The notes beneath the pieces were generated by a model that did not search any database, was not told where the DNA came from, and saw only the letters and a program-made list of their open reading frames with translations. 64,000 bases of DNA from a phage, in the sequence record PX104380.1. One strand, given 5' to 3'. The translations under genes and the position numbers were made by a program. Shown in pieces: positions 38,439 through 47,843 of this stretch. How positions within the stretch are numbered: position 1 is the stretch's first letter; each line of letters starts with the position of its first letter.

Positions 38439-38976
38439 TTACTATTTCCAAAAGTTTATTATTTTTAAGGTAATTAGCCTTTTCTAGGACTTCAGAAGCA
38501 TATTTAGAACCTGCTTTAACATTCCATCCCGAATTATAAGAGGATATTGCTTTTCTTATATCGCCCTTATGTATATTTAACCAATAAGAAAGTTCAATGT
38601 ACGCCCAGGAAGCTGAATTGGATCGTTTATTCAACATTCTTTTTATTTCAGCATCGGTCATATTATAACCAAGTTCCTTAACTCTCGCTCGCATAGTAGG
38701 CAAATAATTTTGGAACATTCCGTAAGCATGATGTTTTGGTTTAGATTTTAAATTAACTCCGCCAGAGCTTTCTTGCCATAAAATAGCAGCCATTATATGA
38801 CCTAATCCGCTCTTGTGGATATTTTTGTGTGTTTTATATTTTCCATCCTTAGAAAATTGTTCCCCGAATTGATACGCGTAACGCATGTTATCGAGTTGGA
38901 CATTACTGAAAGTATGCTCGGAGCTATGTGCCATCATTGAAATGGCCAATAGACCAGCGAGTAGTGCTTTTCTCAT
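38431..38976 (-). CDS. secreted protein with lytic-transglycosylase-like motif
   Basis: 181 aa; signal peptide; AILWQESSGG resembles the SLT catalytic E-S motif. Confidence 0.45.
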   Translation of the reverse strand: MRKALLAGLLAISMMAHSSEHTFSNVQLDNMRYAYQFGEQFSKDGKYKTHKNIHKSGLGHIMAAILWQESSGGVNLKSKPKHHAYGMFQNYLPTMRARVKELGYNMTDAEIKRMLNKRSNSASWAYIELSYWLNIHKGDIRKAISSYNSGWNVKAGSKYASEVLEKANYLKNNKLLEIVND

Positions 38977-38983
38977 GTTTACC

Positions 38984-39445
38984 TCATTGAGTTTTAATTA
39001 CTGCTTTAGAAGCCTTTCCTGGTAAACGACGACTGTTGATAATTGCCATCCTACATTGAAGTGACGGGTCTTTGAACTTCTCATTAGGTTTACAAACTGT
39101 AAATCCAAGCCAAAGATTTCCATCTGTAATTTCTAAACGTCCAGGACGATATTCAACTCCATCAATAAAATCCTCATCAATGTCAGGACGCGGAGGCATA
39201 CTCAGGAATTCATTAACTTCTAAAACATGGTCTTTTATTTTATGGAATAATTCAAAAACATATGTCTCATCAATCTCCCGTTGAATTGCACGATCAAGAA
39301 GATGTTGAGAATATTTTAGATGAAACGATGAGACCCCTGCTGCTTTTGATGCCTCACGAATCTCATTGTTAATTTGACGAAACTCCGACTCAAAGTGACG
39401 ACGAAGCTTATTTCGACGGATAAAAACTTCTGTATTGATAGTCAT
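38984..39445 (-). CDS. regB: RegB site-specific endoribonuclease
   Basis: 153 aa, same length as T4 RegB; ATG at 39443-39445 behind an early promoter. Confidence 0.7.
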   Translation of the reverse strand: MTINTEVFIRRNKLRRHFESEFRQINNEIREASKAAGVSSFHLKYSQHLLDRAIQREIDETYVFELFHKIKDHVLEVNEFLSMPPRPDIDEDFIDGVEYRPGRLEITDGNLWLGFTVCKPNEKFKDPSLQCRMAIINSRRLPGKASKAVIKTQ

Positions 39446-39472
39446 GTTATTCTCCTCTTAACTGATAGAAAA

Positions 39473-39502
39473 ATTATACCACAGTCAAGAGGAAAAGTAA
39501 AC
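39473..39502 (-). promoter_or_regulatory. T4-type early promoter (-10 TATAAT)
   Basis: Plus attata at 39473-39478 and agtaaac at 39496-39502. Confidence 0.5.
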
Positions 39503-39504
39503 AG

Positions 39505-39825
39505 TTATTCTTTAAATCTAATCAATTTATTCATAGACTTTGAAACTTCTGCACGAACCTCATGTAAGTTTTTAAGCTGTTCAAGACGCTGCGTATAGTA
39601 AGCAATTTCATCTTCTTCGAGACAGTCCTGTGAATCTTCTTTAAGATAACGTGCATAGTCCTGAAAAGCTTTACGGACTACTTCCTGGAAGTCATCAAGA
39701 CTTTGAATTTTCTTAGGAGCGGCAGATACACGACGAGGTGCAGTATAATACTCATAACCAAACCCTGCACTTAATTGAGCCATTAGTATTTTTCCTCTGG
39801 TTGGAACACTGCACGACAAGCCCAC
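39505..39825 (-). CDS. hypothetical protein (vs.x region)
   Basis: 106 aa track ORF. Confidence 0.45.
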   Translation of the reverse strand: MGLSCSVPTRGKILMAQLSAGFGYEYYTAPRRVSAAPKKIQSLDDFQEVVRKAFQDYARYLKEDSQDCLEEDEIAYYTQRLEQLKNLHEVRAEVSKSMNKLIRFKE

Positions 39826-40085
39826 ATACTGGCTTCTTTGAGTTTCGTTTTAGCAATAGTTAACTGATCGAGGCTTTCAGCATAATTCTTCGCGAGTTCA
39901 TCATCTTCACAGCTATCAAATGCTTCCCAAAATTCATCGTATAAAGCATCAAAGATAAGTCCTAAACGAACTTCAGCGTCTTTGATAGCATTCACTTTAC
40001 TGATTTTCTCTTCGGTATGCGGCTTATAACCCTTAATATCTTCAATCATATTTGACTTCCTTACCAGTACATAAATCATATTCAA
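39783..40085 (-). CDS. hypothetical acidic protein (vs.x region)
   Basis: 100 aa. Confidence 0.45.
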   Translation of the reverse strand: MNMIYVLVRKSNMIEDIKGYKPHTEEKISKVNAIKDAEVRLGLIFDALYDEFWEAFDSCEDDELAKNYAESLDQLTIAKTKLKEASMWACRAVFQPEEKY

Positions 40086-40263
40086 CTAAACGAATAGGTT
40101 CATGAATGCCATATCCCTGAACAGAAATTTCTGTCGTGGGATAAATTCCATCAATATCACCCATATTCCAGGCTTCATTAAATTGCTGTTCGCCTGAATT
40201 ACTAAACCACTCGGCGAAAGCATTTAGCACATCTTCAGAACCTTCAATAATTATCTTTGCCAT
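40042..40263 (-). CDS. hypothetical acidic protein (vs.x region)
   Basis: 73 aa. Confidence 0.45.
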   Translation of the reverse strand: MAKIIIEGSEDVLNAFAEWFSNSGEQQFNEAWNMGDIDGIYPTTEISVQGYGIHEPIRLVEYDLCTGKEVKYD

Positions 40264-40625
40264 TACAAACTCTCGGTGAAGGTACGAGCGATAACGTCGC
40301 GCTGCTGTTCCGGAGTCAGAGAGTTAAAGCGAACTGCATAACCGGATACACGGATGGTCAGCTGCGGATATTTTTCCGGATGCTTAACTGCATCTTCCAG
40401 AGTTTCACGACGCAGAACGTTAACGTTCAGGTGTTGACCACCTTCAATTTTAACTGTAGGTTGTGTTTCAATTTCAATTTCACGGGCATGCAAACCGTAG
40501 AAAATTTCCGGGTCTACAAAAGAGTCCTCTTTAAAGGTTTTAGAGACAATAATTCGTGCTTGAATACCATCTTCAAAATAAATAGTACCTTTATGTGTGC
40601 CTTCAAGAATTTGATATGCTTTCAT
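40263..40625 (-). CDS. autonomous glycyl radical cofactor (GrcA/YfiD-like)
   Basis: 120 aa; C-terminal [31 protein letters not shown] matches the glycyl-radical motif RVSGY. Confidence 0.8.
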   Translation of the reverse strand: MKAYQILEGTHKGTIYFEDGIQARIIVSKTFKEDSFVDPEIFYGLHAREIEIETQPTVKIEGGQHLNVNVLRRETLEDAVKHPEKYPQLTIRVSGYAVRFNSLTPEQQRDVIARTFTESL

Positions 40626-40632
40626 ATAAACC

Positions 40633-41013
40633 TCAATTAGAAAATAAATTTATCCAAGATTGTTCTTTAATTAAAAACGGCTCAGAATCATATGCCATTA
40701 AACTTTGCGTAATTAATCCTTTAAAAGGTCCATCAATAAATTCCATGGTAAAATATGGAATTTTATTCATTAGCCGTGCATTAGGAGCAGTACATAAAAC
40801 TCTGCATCCTTTGAATACACCTTTTTGTAATTTGTATTGCTTGGGATAAAATTCGCTCAAAATGTTATTATTTGCTAAAATTTCAAAATGATTCACCAAT
40901 TTATTTTTAATAGTTTTTGGCGAAAAATAAAGATATTCGAAAAGTTGCGTATCTGTCATCATTGCATTCCAATTACGAAAAACTGCGGACGAGTAATACC
41001 ACCAATACAGCAT
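40633..41013 (-). CDS. hypothetical protein
   Basis: 126 aa; likely starts at internal Met near 40960 overlapping the upstream stop. Confidence 0.45.
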   Translation of the reverse strand: MLYWWYYSSAVFRNWNAMMTDTQLFEYLYFSPKTIKNKLVNHFEILANNNILSEFYPKQYKLQKGVFKGCRVLCTAPNARLMNKIPYFTMEFIDGPFKGLITQSLMAYDSEPFLIKEQSWINLFSN

Positions 41014-41612
41014 TTACTATTGCAGCAATATTGCACAGTTTCAATATGAATATCGTAAATTTTATCCATATCAGGAGATTTAACAGGCTCATCGATTATA
41101 TACAAAATTCGAGAAAGCGATAAACCTCTGAACTTGCTACCTCTATTACCAACAAAACTACGGACAGAATCAGTAAATAAACGAAAACGTATATCATCAT
41201 TAGAATAACGCGAAAATTCCTTTTTAATGTTATTTGCAGAAATTTCAGCGTAAGCTGAAGTATTAGAAAGAACAATAACTGTTCCGCCATCATACAGCCA
41301 ATTAGCAGCAAAGTTAGTCACAGCAATTGATTTACCGGATTGACGTCCACCATCTATACGAAGTGTGCAGTACTGTTTAAGTAATTCTTCAAATGGCGGG
41401 ATATATTCGTTTTTACAAATTTCTTCTACTCTAGCATCAGAATGGTGTGTAAAAGCATTCATCAGGGATAGATACGGGCCAGTTAAAAATGTTCTCATAT
41501 TATTTCTCTTAAGGTTTTTGGGCCATTCCATGGCACATGAGTTGTCCATTCCTGCATTACCCATTACCGCACTTGGGCTCGACCTTATTACAGGTTGGCG
41601 GGAATCCCTCAT
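40959..41612 (-). CDS. small P-loop NTPase of unknown function
   Basis: Walker A GGRQSGKS and Walker B ILYIIDEP; several in-frame Met starts. Confidence 0.55.
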   Translation of the reverse strand: MRDSRQPVIRSSPSAVMGNAGMDNSCAMEWPKNLKRNNMRTFLTGPYLSLMNAFTHHSDARVEEICKNEYIPPFEELLKQYCTLRIDGGRQSGKSIAVTNFAANWLYDGGTVIVLSNTSAYAEISANNIKKEFSRYSNDDIRFRLFTDSVRSFVGNRGSKFRGLSLSRILYIIDEPVKSPDMDKIYDIHIETVQYCCNSKCCIGGITRPQFFVIGMQ

Positions 41613-41641
41613 AGAATCATGAGGTCCAGGTTGTTCCCATA

Positions 41642-42115
41642 TTATTTGAACGATTTAACGTACTGAATAGAACCTTTACTATTTACAAAGGCAATTTTAC
41701 CATTTTTATTATACATGGTAGCAGTACGTTGATAACCATAAGTTTGTTTACCAGATTGATAACCAACTAATGCGAAATTATCTTCGCCCATTTTATTCTG
41801 TTTAGCGCGAATGCGTTCATGACCATGTGCCATAAGAACCTTAGCATCACCAGTTACAATGGATCGACGAGTTTTTTCATCTTCAACTGTATTAACAAAG
41901 TCGTCAAATGAATCAAATTTAGCATGAGATTTATTATACAGTTTTCCATCTACTGCATAATTATATCCCTGTACATCCATCTCAACTTCTGTACCATCAT
42001 CCAATACAGCAGTAATTTTCTGTCCTTTTTTAAATTTCAAAAGATCAGTAAAAGATTCAGCAATAATTTGAGAATTAATAGCTGCTTCAGTGATAAATTC
42101 TTGATATGTTTTCAT
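41642..42115 (-). CDS. capsid internal protein (IPII/IPIII-like)
   Basis: 157 aa beginning MKTYQEFITEA, the capsid-targeting sequence of T4 internal proteins; upstream of gene e. Confidence 0.7.
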   Translation of the reverse strand: MKTYQEFITEAAINSQIIAESFTDLLKFKKGQKITAVLDDGTEVEMDVQGYNYAVDGKLYNKSHAKFDSFDDFVNTVEDEKTRRSIVTGDAKVLMAHGHERIRAKQNKMGEDNFALVGYQSGKQTYGYQRTATMYNKNGKIAFVNSKGSIQYVKSFK

Positions 42116-42168
42116 GTGTTTCCTTTAAATATTTTAATTAGTAATTTGTCTCTTCAAGCAACTGTGAA

Positions 42169-42198
42169 TATACTATCACAATTCTAGGAGAAAGTAAA
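42169..42198 (-). promoter_or_regulatory. T4-type early promoter
   Basis: Plus agtaaac at 42192-42198; -10 around 42169-42174. Confidence 0.4.
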
Positions 42199-42203
42199 CA
42201 ACT

Positions 42204-42734
<531 letters not shown>

Positions 42735-43190
42735 TTAAAAGAGGCTGTTCATTATTCGGTAAAGTGAAGGACCCATCACATATTGCCACTGAGTACGAGG
42801 AATAAGAGCAAAAGCATCCATCTCTGGAATCATAACGCCATCTTTATTTTCAAAATAAGACTCGCAATGGCAATTTCTGAACATCTCATGCTCTACTGGA
42901 ATCGTATAATAAAATAACTGTAAGTCTTTATTACTAGAATATTTAAATACACCTAGGTCTTCTAGAAGGTCTGGATTATAATTGCTAAAACCGGTCTCTT
43001 CTAAGCATTCTCTTTTTGCAGCTTCCAATGCATTCAAATCAGAATTTTCTACGCGGCCCTTTGGAATATCCCAACGATGTGCCATCATTCCAGGCTTACG
43101 AGAACCAGTAACCCGACCCATAAATAAATCTTTATCTTCTGTCATAAAGATAATACCAGCTGATAGTGTTTTCATTTTAATTTCCTGCAT
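42735..43190 (-). CDS. nudE: Nudix hydrolase
   Basis: 151 aa; Nudix box GRVENSDLNALEAAKRECLEETGF. Confidence 0.85.
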   Translation of the reverse strand: MQEIKMKTLSAGIIFMTEDKDLFMGRVTGSRKPGMMAHRWDIPKGRVENSDLNALEAAKRECLEETGFSNYNPDLLEDLGVFKYSSNKDLQLFYYTIPVEHEMFRNCHCESYFENKDGVMIPEMDAFALIPRTQWQYVMGPSLYRIMNSLF

Positions 43191-43660
43191 TCAGTGATAA
43201 AGTTATTTAAATTTTGAGTATATTTCTTTTCATCAAAAATCTTTTGTTGTCTGCGTAAACGCCATGGCATTTCAATGAACACGCACCACATTCCTGATAA
43301 TATTGCTGCTGTCAAAATATTAACAAGCATAATTAAAAGAATCCAATCTCCTGTTCTGCCTATTGGACTTTCACCAAAGAAGCAAAATACAAATGATGTC
43401 ACAGGAAAACTAATGATATACCACAGAATCATAATCTTATTTGTAAACCAATCAGCGTTCGTTAGCTTAGCGCGACCATTATGAATACACACGAATTTAT
43501 CATCTGTTATAATAGATGGCTTAGCTGCTTGATATCCCATTCTAAACTCCCTAATCAACAAATTTTTCATATCTTCGGAACAACCATTCCAGTCAACTCT
43601 ATTAACTGAAATGCCATCATCCCCATCATCTAAATCATACCAGCGAGTTTTTAAAATCAT
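43172..43660 (-). CDS. hypothetical membrane protein (e.x region)
   Basis: 162 aa with central transmembrane segments. Confidence 0.5.
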   Translation of the reverse strand: MILKTRWYDLDDGDDGISVNRVDWNGCSEDMKNLLIREFRMGYQAAKPSIITDDKFVCIHNGRAKLTNADWFTNKIMILWYIISFPVTSFVFCFFGESPIGRTGDWILLIMLVNILTAAILSGMWCVFIEMPWRLRRQQKIFDEKKYTQNLNNFITECRKLK

Positions 43661-44019
43661 TTAATTTTCCTGCAATCACTCACAAACTCTTCCATTGATT
43701 CTTTTTCAATATAAGACATGTAGTTGTTATATTCCTTTAATTGTATTTTGTAATCCTTTTTTCTTTGCCAATTTATTTTAAAATTATCATAATGAAAATA
43801 TAACATGGTACCAAAGAATGAAAATAATGAAATAATTTTAGTATAGTGAAGTTCACTCCAAACTTCTATTATATTTACTGTGCCGTCAATGTTTAAAATA
43901 ATACAGTCAATTAACAATCCAAAAAGACTACCCGCAAGAGCTGCAGCCAACGCCACAGCAAAAATTAAAAATGACTCAGGAAGAGAATATTTGACTTTAT
44001 TTAGTTTTGGCTTTTGCAT
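43657..44019 (-). CDS. hypothetical membrane protein (e.x region)
   Basis: 120 aa, two hydrophobic helices. Confidence 0.5.
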   Translation of the reverse strand: MQKPKLNKVKYSLPESFLIFAVALAAALAGSLFGLLIDCIILNIDGTVNIIEVWSELHYTKIISLFSFFGTMLYFHYDNFKINWQRKKDYKIQLKEYNNYMSYIEKESMEEFVSDCRKIK

Positions 44020-44393
44020 CGTGATTCCTTAACAAATTTCATAATTTCATCAAATTCATGTGCAGCAAGTTTAAGCTGATGTTCCTTTTTAATCTTTTTA
44101 CACTGGGCTTTCCAATCACGTACACGTTTACGATAGTGTCTTCCTTGATACCAGTATCCCACCCAATTTACAGGTACTAATAAAAATGGAACTATCATTG
44201 GAAGAATTAGTGTTGACGCAAATATTACATTAGATTCAATATCAGTCATAACATCTATAACTATTCCAACCCCCAGTAGAATTACAAATGATACAGCTAT
44301 TACAGGACCTATTAATACATCAGTAGAAATTAGCTGGCGCTTTAATTCATACTTCAACGGTTTACTTGGAAGATACATTGATGGCTTTGACAT
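44001..44393 (-). CDS. hypothetical membrane protein (e.x region)
   Basis: 130 aa, two hydrophobic helices, basic C-terminus. Confidence 0.5.
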   Translation of the reverse strand: MSKPSMYLPSKPLKYELKRQLISTDVLIGPVIAVSFVILLGVGIVIDVMTDIESNVIFASTLILPMIVPFLLVPVNWVGYWYQGRHYRKRVRDWKAQCKKIKKEHQLKLAAHEFDEIMKFVKESRCKSQN

Positions 44394-44970
44394 ATTCTCT
44401 ACATTCCTTCACAAATTTTTCTAATAATAAATCGCTTTCAAAATTGGGATTTTCCACGAATTTATCAAAAAGATCATCAACAATAGTTAAGATATTCTTT
44501 TTACTAAGAATACGCTTATTTTCATGCTTCGTTTCAGAATCAACTATAAGAGTAAAGAAATATTTCTTGCCCTGAAATTTTACAGTAGTATCAATATAGA
44601 ATAAATTTGACTTTTGTAAATTACGTTTAAACCATGCATCACTTAAACTATAAACGCCAAGATAATCATAATCGTCGTTTAAATAACAGACCGTCCATTC
44701 AGGAGAAACAAAATCAGTAAATTCAACGTCAAAATCGCATGTTAATGAATGAATTGATTCAATACTGTTAATAAGTATTCCAGGACGTATTAAAGACTTT
44801 TTACCTCTAGAAAATCTTCCAGAAAGATTTTCATCAGTTTCATATGAAGAACCCCAATAATAATTACGTCCTTCTGCCATACGTTTAAGAGCATTTAATA
44901 ATTGGTCTGGAACATCAACTCGTCTTTGGAACTCTTCAAACATTGAATTGAAATCACTTTGCATTTTCAT
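44362..44970 (-). CDS. hypothetical protein (e.x region)
   Basis: 202 aa. Confidence 0.5.
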   Translation of the reverse strand: MKMQSDFNSMFEEFQRRVDVPDQLLNALKRMAEGRNYYWGSSYETDENLSGRFSRGKKSLIRPGILINSIESIHSLTCDFDVEFTDFVSPEWTVCYLNDDYDYLGVYSLSDAWFKRNLQKSNLFYIDTTVKFQGKKYFFTLIVDSETKHENKRILSKKNILTIVDDLFDKFVENPNFESDLLLEKFVKECREYVKAINVSSK

Positions 44971-44990
44971 TCCTACTTACTCCAAGTAAT

Positions 44991-45006
44991 AGGGGCCGAA
45001 GCCCCT
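44991..45006 (-). other. UUCG-tetraloop RNA hairpin
   Basis: Plus aggggccgaagcccct. Confidence 0.5.
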
Positions 45007-45011
45007 TATCA

Positions 45012-45605
45012 TTATTTCAGAGAATTAATGTATTCCTGAACATCGGCAGAGGTAGTTTCAACCCCAGAAATATTGCCATTAAAGGTTTCAACTCGGGCAA
45101 GAGTATCTTCAATATCAACCTTAGTCAGTGCTGCAATTTCAACTACATCATCAGCAGTACTAATTCCAAGTGCATTCGCAGCACGAGTTTCACGGATATA
45201 TTCCAATTTAACTGCAAGTTCTTGACGAGCATCATCTAACTCAACTACTTTCTTGGCGATTTCAATTCGCATTTCAGCATAACCATCAGCTTTAGTAGTC
45301 AACTGCTCAGCTGTTCGACGATATAGTAAACCGAGTTTAGCATGCATTGTTACATCTTGACCTTCAGAAAGGAGCTTGCGAATTTCGCGCTCTTTTGATT
45401 CGGCCTGCTTATTCTTTTCGACAATAAGTTCACGAATACGCTTTTCTTCGTTAATAGATTTAATGGAAGCAGTTTTTAGGTCTTTAATCTTATCAAGTAG
45501 TTTTGCTGCTGCAGCAGTATACTGTTCTTCAACAGATAGATTTTTAGCCATAGCAGAACCAAGTTTAGTGCGAATAAACTCAACAATTTTCTTCAGTGTG
45601 TTCAT
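45012..45605 (-). CDS. coiled-coil protein, possibly PspA/IM30-like
   Basis: 197 aa, almost entirely helical with heptad-like charge pattern; resemblance to PspA is impressionistic. Confidence 0.45.
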   Translation of the reverse strand: MNTLKKIVEFIRTKLGSAMAKNLSVEEQYTAAAAKLLDKIKDLKTASIKSINEEKRIRELIVEKNKQAESKEREIRKLLSEGQDVTMHAKLGLLYRRTAEQLTTKADGYAEMRIEIAKKVVELDDARQELAVKLEYIRETRAANALGISTADDVVEIAALTKVDIEDTLARVETFNGNISGVETTSADVQEYINSLK

Positions 45606-45647
45606 AGTATTTCCTTAGGTTGATTAAAATTAAAATCCACAGAAAAA

Positions 45648-46181
45648 TTATATCATGCTATTTAAGAGATGTAAACTATTTTTAATTTTACAAATTCGTT
45701 CAGCTTCTTCAACAGCGGCAGTGATAATGCTTTTAGCTATAGGAGTACTAATACTAGTAGCTTTTACACTTAACACGATTTCTTTATCTTTACCAGGCCA
45801 ACCCCACGATTTTTCACCATGAGTGCCTTTAATTACAGCAGACACCTCAAGTGAGCATCCATTATCACATGTTTTTACATTAACAACCCAAGTGTCACTT
45901 TTCTCAACCGGTTTATCCCAGTAAATATTAAGAATACGTGGGACATCAAATTTAGCAGGGCAAATCTTAACAGTAAGACCTTCGCTTTCTAGCCAATTAA
46001 TAAGAGGGCGTTCATACATGCGGCGATGTGGGCTTTGAACTCGACAAGCTTTGTACCCATTGCTTGCGGCTTCACTAAGCTCTTCTAATACCTGCTTTTG
46101 CATTATTGATAAGATACCATCAAAAGATTTTTCGGAAGTTTCATTCAGTTCGGTATAAAGAGACATAACAGTTTTCCTCAA
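45648..46181 (-). CDS. hypothetical protein
   Basis: 177 aa; track start is TTG, first ATG at 46164-46166. Confidence 0.5.
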   Translation of the reverse strand: MRKTVMSLYTELNETSEKSFDGILSIMQKQVLEELSEAASNGYKACRVQSPHRRMYERPLINWLESEGLTVKICPAKFDVPRILNIYWDKPVEKSDTWVVNVKTCDNGCSLEVSAVIKGTHGEKSWGWPGKDKEIVLSVKATSISTPIAKSIITAAVEEAERICKIKNSLHLLNSMI

Positions 46182-46192
46182 ATTATAGGCTC

Positions 46193-46222
46193 ATAATATC
46201 TCAATCATGAGCCTATGTAAAC
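46193..46222 (-). promoter_or_regulatory. T4-type early promoter
   Basis: Plus tgtaaac at 46216-46222 and ataata at 46193-46198. Confidence 0.45.
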
Positions 46223-46498
46223 TTATTTCATATTATTGAAATATTCTTCTGCAATTTCGTCGTTATCATGATAAACTTTAGAAGACAGTTTAACATAACC
46301 TTCAGCAGTGAACATGTTAATCACAACCTTTACAGTATACCACTGACCATCTTCATTACCCATTACTGCGTAAGTTTCAAACATCGGATGATCAGGACCG
46401 ATAACTTTAATATCATTCACTGTACGACCAAAATCTTCTGAAACACATTTCATAAAGAAGTTGAACAGTTCGCCGTAATTATCCATTTCATTCTCCAA
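46223..46498 (-). CDS. hypothetical protein
   Basis: Track start is TTG; ATG at 46484-46486 (MDNYGELF) preceded by conserved ggagaatgaa leader. Confidence 0.5.
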   Translation of the reverse strand: MENEMDNYGELFNFFMKCVSEDFGRTVNDIKVIGPDHPMFETYAVMGNEDGQWYTVKVVINMFTAEGYVKLSSKVYHDNDEIAEEYFNNMK

Positions 46499-46529
46499 GT
46501 TGTTTTCTGTATCAGTAGTTGATAGTTGT

Positions 46530-46559
46530 ATAGTACCATAGAAGAACAGGGATGTAAAC
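46530..46559 (-). promoter_or_regulatory. T4-type early promoter with conserved leader
   Basis: Plus atagta at 46530-46535 and tgtaaac at 46553-46559. Confidence 0.55.
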
Positions 46560-46697
46560 AGTTTTGTGAAAAATTTTTTAAAAAGTTTTGGGGAATTCTA
46601 GGGCAAGGAGGGGAAATTAAAGGATAGGATAATATATTATAAAGGGTAGAAACTAAATGATGCCTAGAGAGGCCTGGAAAGGCCTAGATACCAAAAA

Positions 46698-46719
46698 GCC
46701 CCAACCTTTCGGTCGGGGC
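46698..46719 (-). terminator. rho-independent terminator (minus strand)
   Basis: Minus strand GCCCCGACCGAAAGGUUGGGGC followed by UUUUU. Confidence 0.55.
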
Positions 46720-47030
46720 TAAGCCTTGCGGCAACCTTGTCGGGGTTCCACCTGCTAAGGCAAGTGTTTGTACGAAACGCCGGGATTCGAACCCGGTTAT
46801 TAAGCAGTTGACGCTACTCAATATTTTTAAAAGGCCATATCTCGACCATATCCGAACGTTCCGTCAAAAACGCTACTCGGCTTACGGCAAAGATATTTCC
46901 TCGAATCGATAATTCGGTGCGCCGTTTCTGCTGTGATGTAAGAGGGCATCAATAAACGCAAGGATTATTAACGCAATTCCTTACTCAGGGAACATCAGTC
47001 CGACGACTTACCGGTAGCGACCCGGTTTCT
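46720..47030 (-). ncRNA. candidate stable structured RNA with tRNA-like T-arm, downstream of tRNA-Arg
   Basis: No ORF of 60 aa or more; minus strand contains CCGGGUUCGAAUCCCGG (5-bp stem, canonical T-loop) near 46779-46795 and ends at the terminator. Confidence 0.4.
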
Positions 47031-47380
47031 TAATATTCTTTTAAAGCATAAATCTGTTTACGGCGTTCACGCCATAAATCAATTGCTTCATACGCGGATT
47101 CAACATTTCGAATTGGACGGCATTTATATAAAGATTTGTGATTTTGATATTGCGTAGATAACGGAATTTTATCTAAAAGGTCTTTACGTTCAAAGTATTC
47201 GTAACCATCTAAGCCAAATGAACGATTTTTGAGAAATTGCCAATGACCAAATTCGTTTTGAATATAAATATAATCCGCGTGTTGATAAAGTAAATTAATT
47301 TCACGAAATGAGATATGTTTTTCATATTCATTGAAGTAAAATGTTAAATCATGAACTACTAAATAAACATTACCTTTCAT
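47030..47380 (-). CDS. hypothetical protein inside the tRNA region
   Basis: 116 aa ORF between tRNA-Arg and the structured RNA. Confidence 0.45.
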   Translation of the reverse strand: MKGNVYLVVHDLTFYFNEYEKHISFREINLLYQHADYIYIQNEFGHWQFLKNRSFGLDGYEYFERKDLLDKIPLSTQYQNHKSLYKCRPIRNVESAYEAIDLWRERRKQIYALKEY

Positions 47381-47398
47381 ATTTTCCTCACTTATAAT

Positions 47399-47474
47399 TG
47401 GTCGAGGCAGTAGGGATCGAACCTACGACCTAGGACTTAGAAGGTCCTTGCTCTTCCTTCTGAGCTATGCCCCG
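47399..47474 (-). tRNA. tRNA-Arg (anticodon UCU)
   Basis: 76 nt cloverleaf by hand folding; acceptor CGGGGCA/UGCCUCG, anticodon loop CUUCUAA, T-loop UUCGAUC, CCA encoded. Confidence 0.85.
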
Positions 47475-47478
47475 TAAT

Positions 47479-47554
47479 TGGGGTGACCGATGGGAGTCGA
47501 ACCCATGACTACGAGAATCACAATCTCGAGTTCTACCAACTGAACTACGGCCAC
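47479..47554 (-). tRNA. tRNA-His (anticodon GUG)
   Basis: 76 nt; anticodon stem CGAGA/UCUCG, loop UUGUGAU, discriminator C73, CCA encoded; no encoded G-1. Confidence 0.8.
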
Positions 47555-47668
47555 ATTAATACCTACTCCAACAATCAAGATGTCTTCACACGAAATTAAG
47601 AGAAGAGTGATCAGTTCAACCCCTATAATCGCGTCAAGTAGATATTAATGTGACAGTTGTCACAAATT

Positions 47669-47743
47669 TGGCGGACGTGATAGGATTCGAACCTATAACC
47701 AATCGCTTAACAGGCGATCGCTCTGCCATTGAGCTACACATCC
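47669..47743 (-). tRNA. tRNA-Asn (anticodon GUU)
   Basis: 75 nt; anticodon stem AUCGC/GCGAU, loop CUGUUAA, T-loop UUCGAAU, CCA encoded. Confidence 0.8.
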
Positions 47744-47747
47744 AAAT

Positions 47748-47834
47748 TGGTGGGGAGTGGTGGAGTCGAACCACCCGAGTCGCAATGACAATGAATTTAC
47801 AGTCCACACCGCTACCTCTACGGGATAACTCCCC
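47748..47834 (-). tRNA. tRNA-Tyr (anticodon GUA), class II
   Basis: 87 nt with long variable arm; anticodon loop CUGUAAA; acceptor GGGGAGU/ACUCCCC; CCA encoded. Confidence 0.75.
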
Positions 47835-47843
47835 AAATTAATT

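Noticed and set aside
47030-47380. Considered the 116-aa ORF next to tRNA-Arg as a degraded GIY-YIG endonuclease
   Set aside because: Only a vague VYLVV...YIYIQ resemblance, no second motif; left as hypothetical
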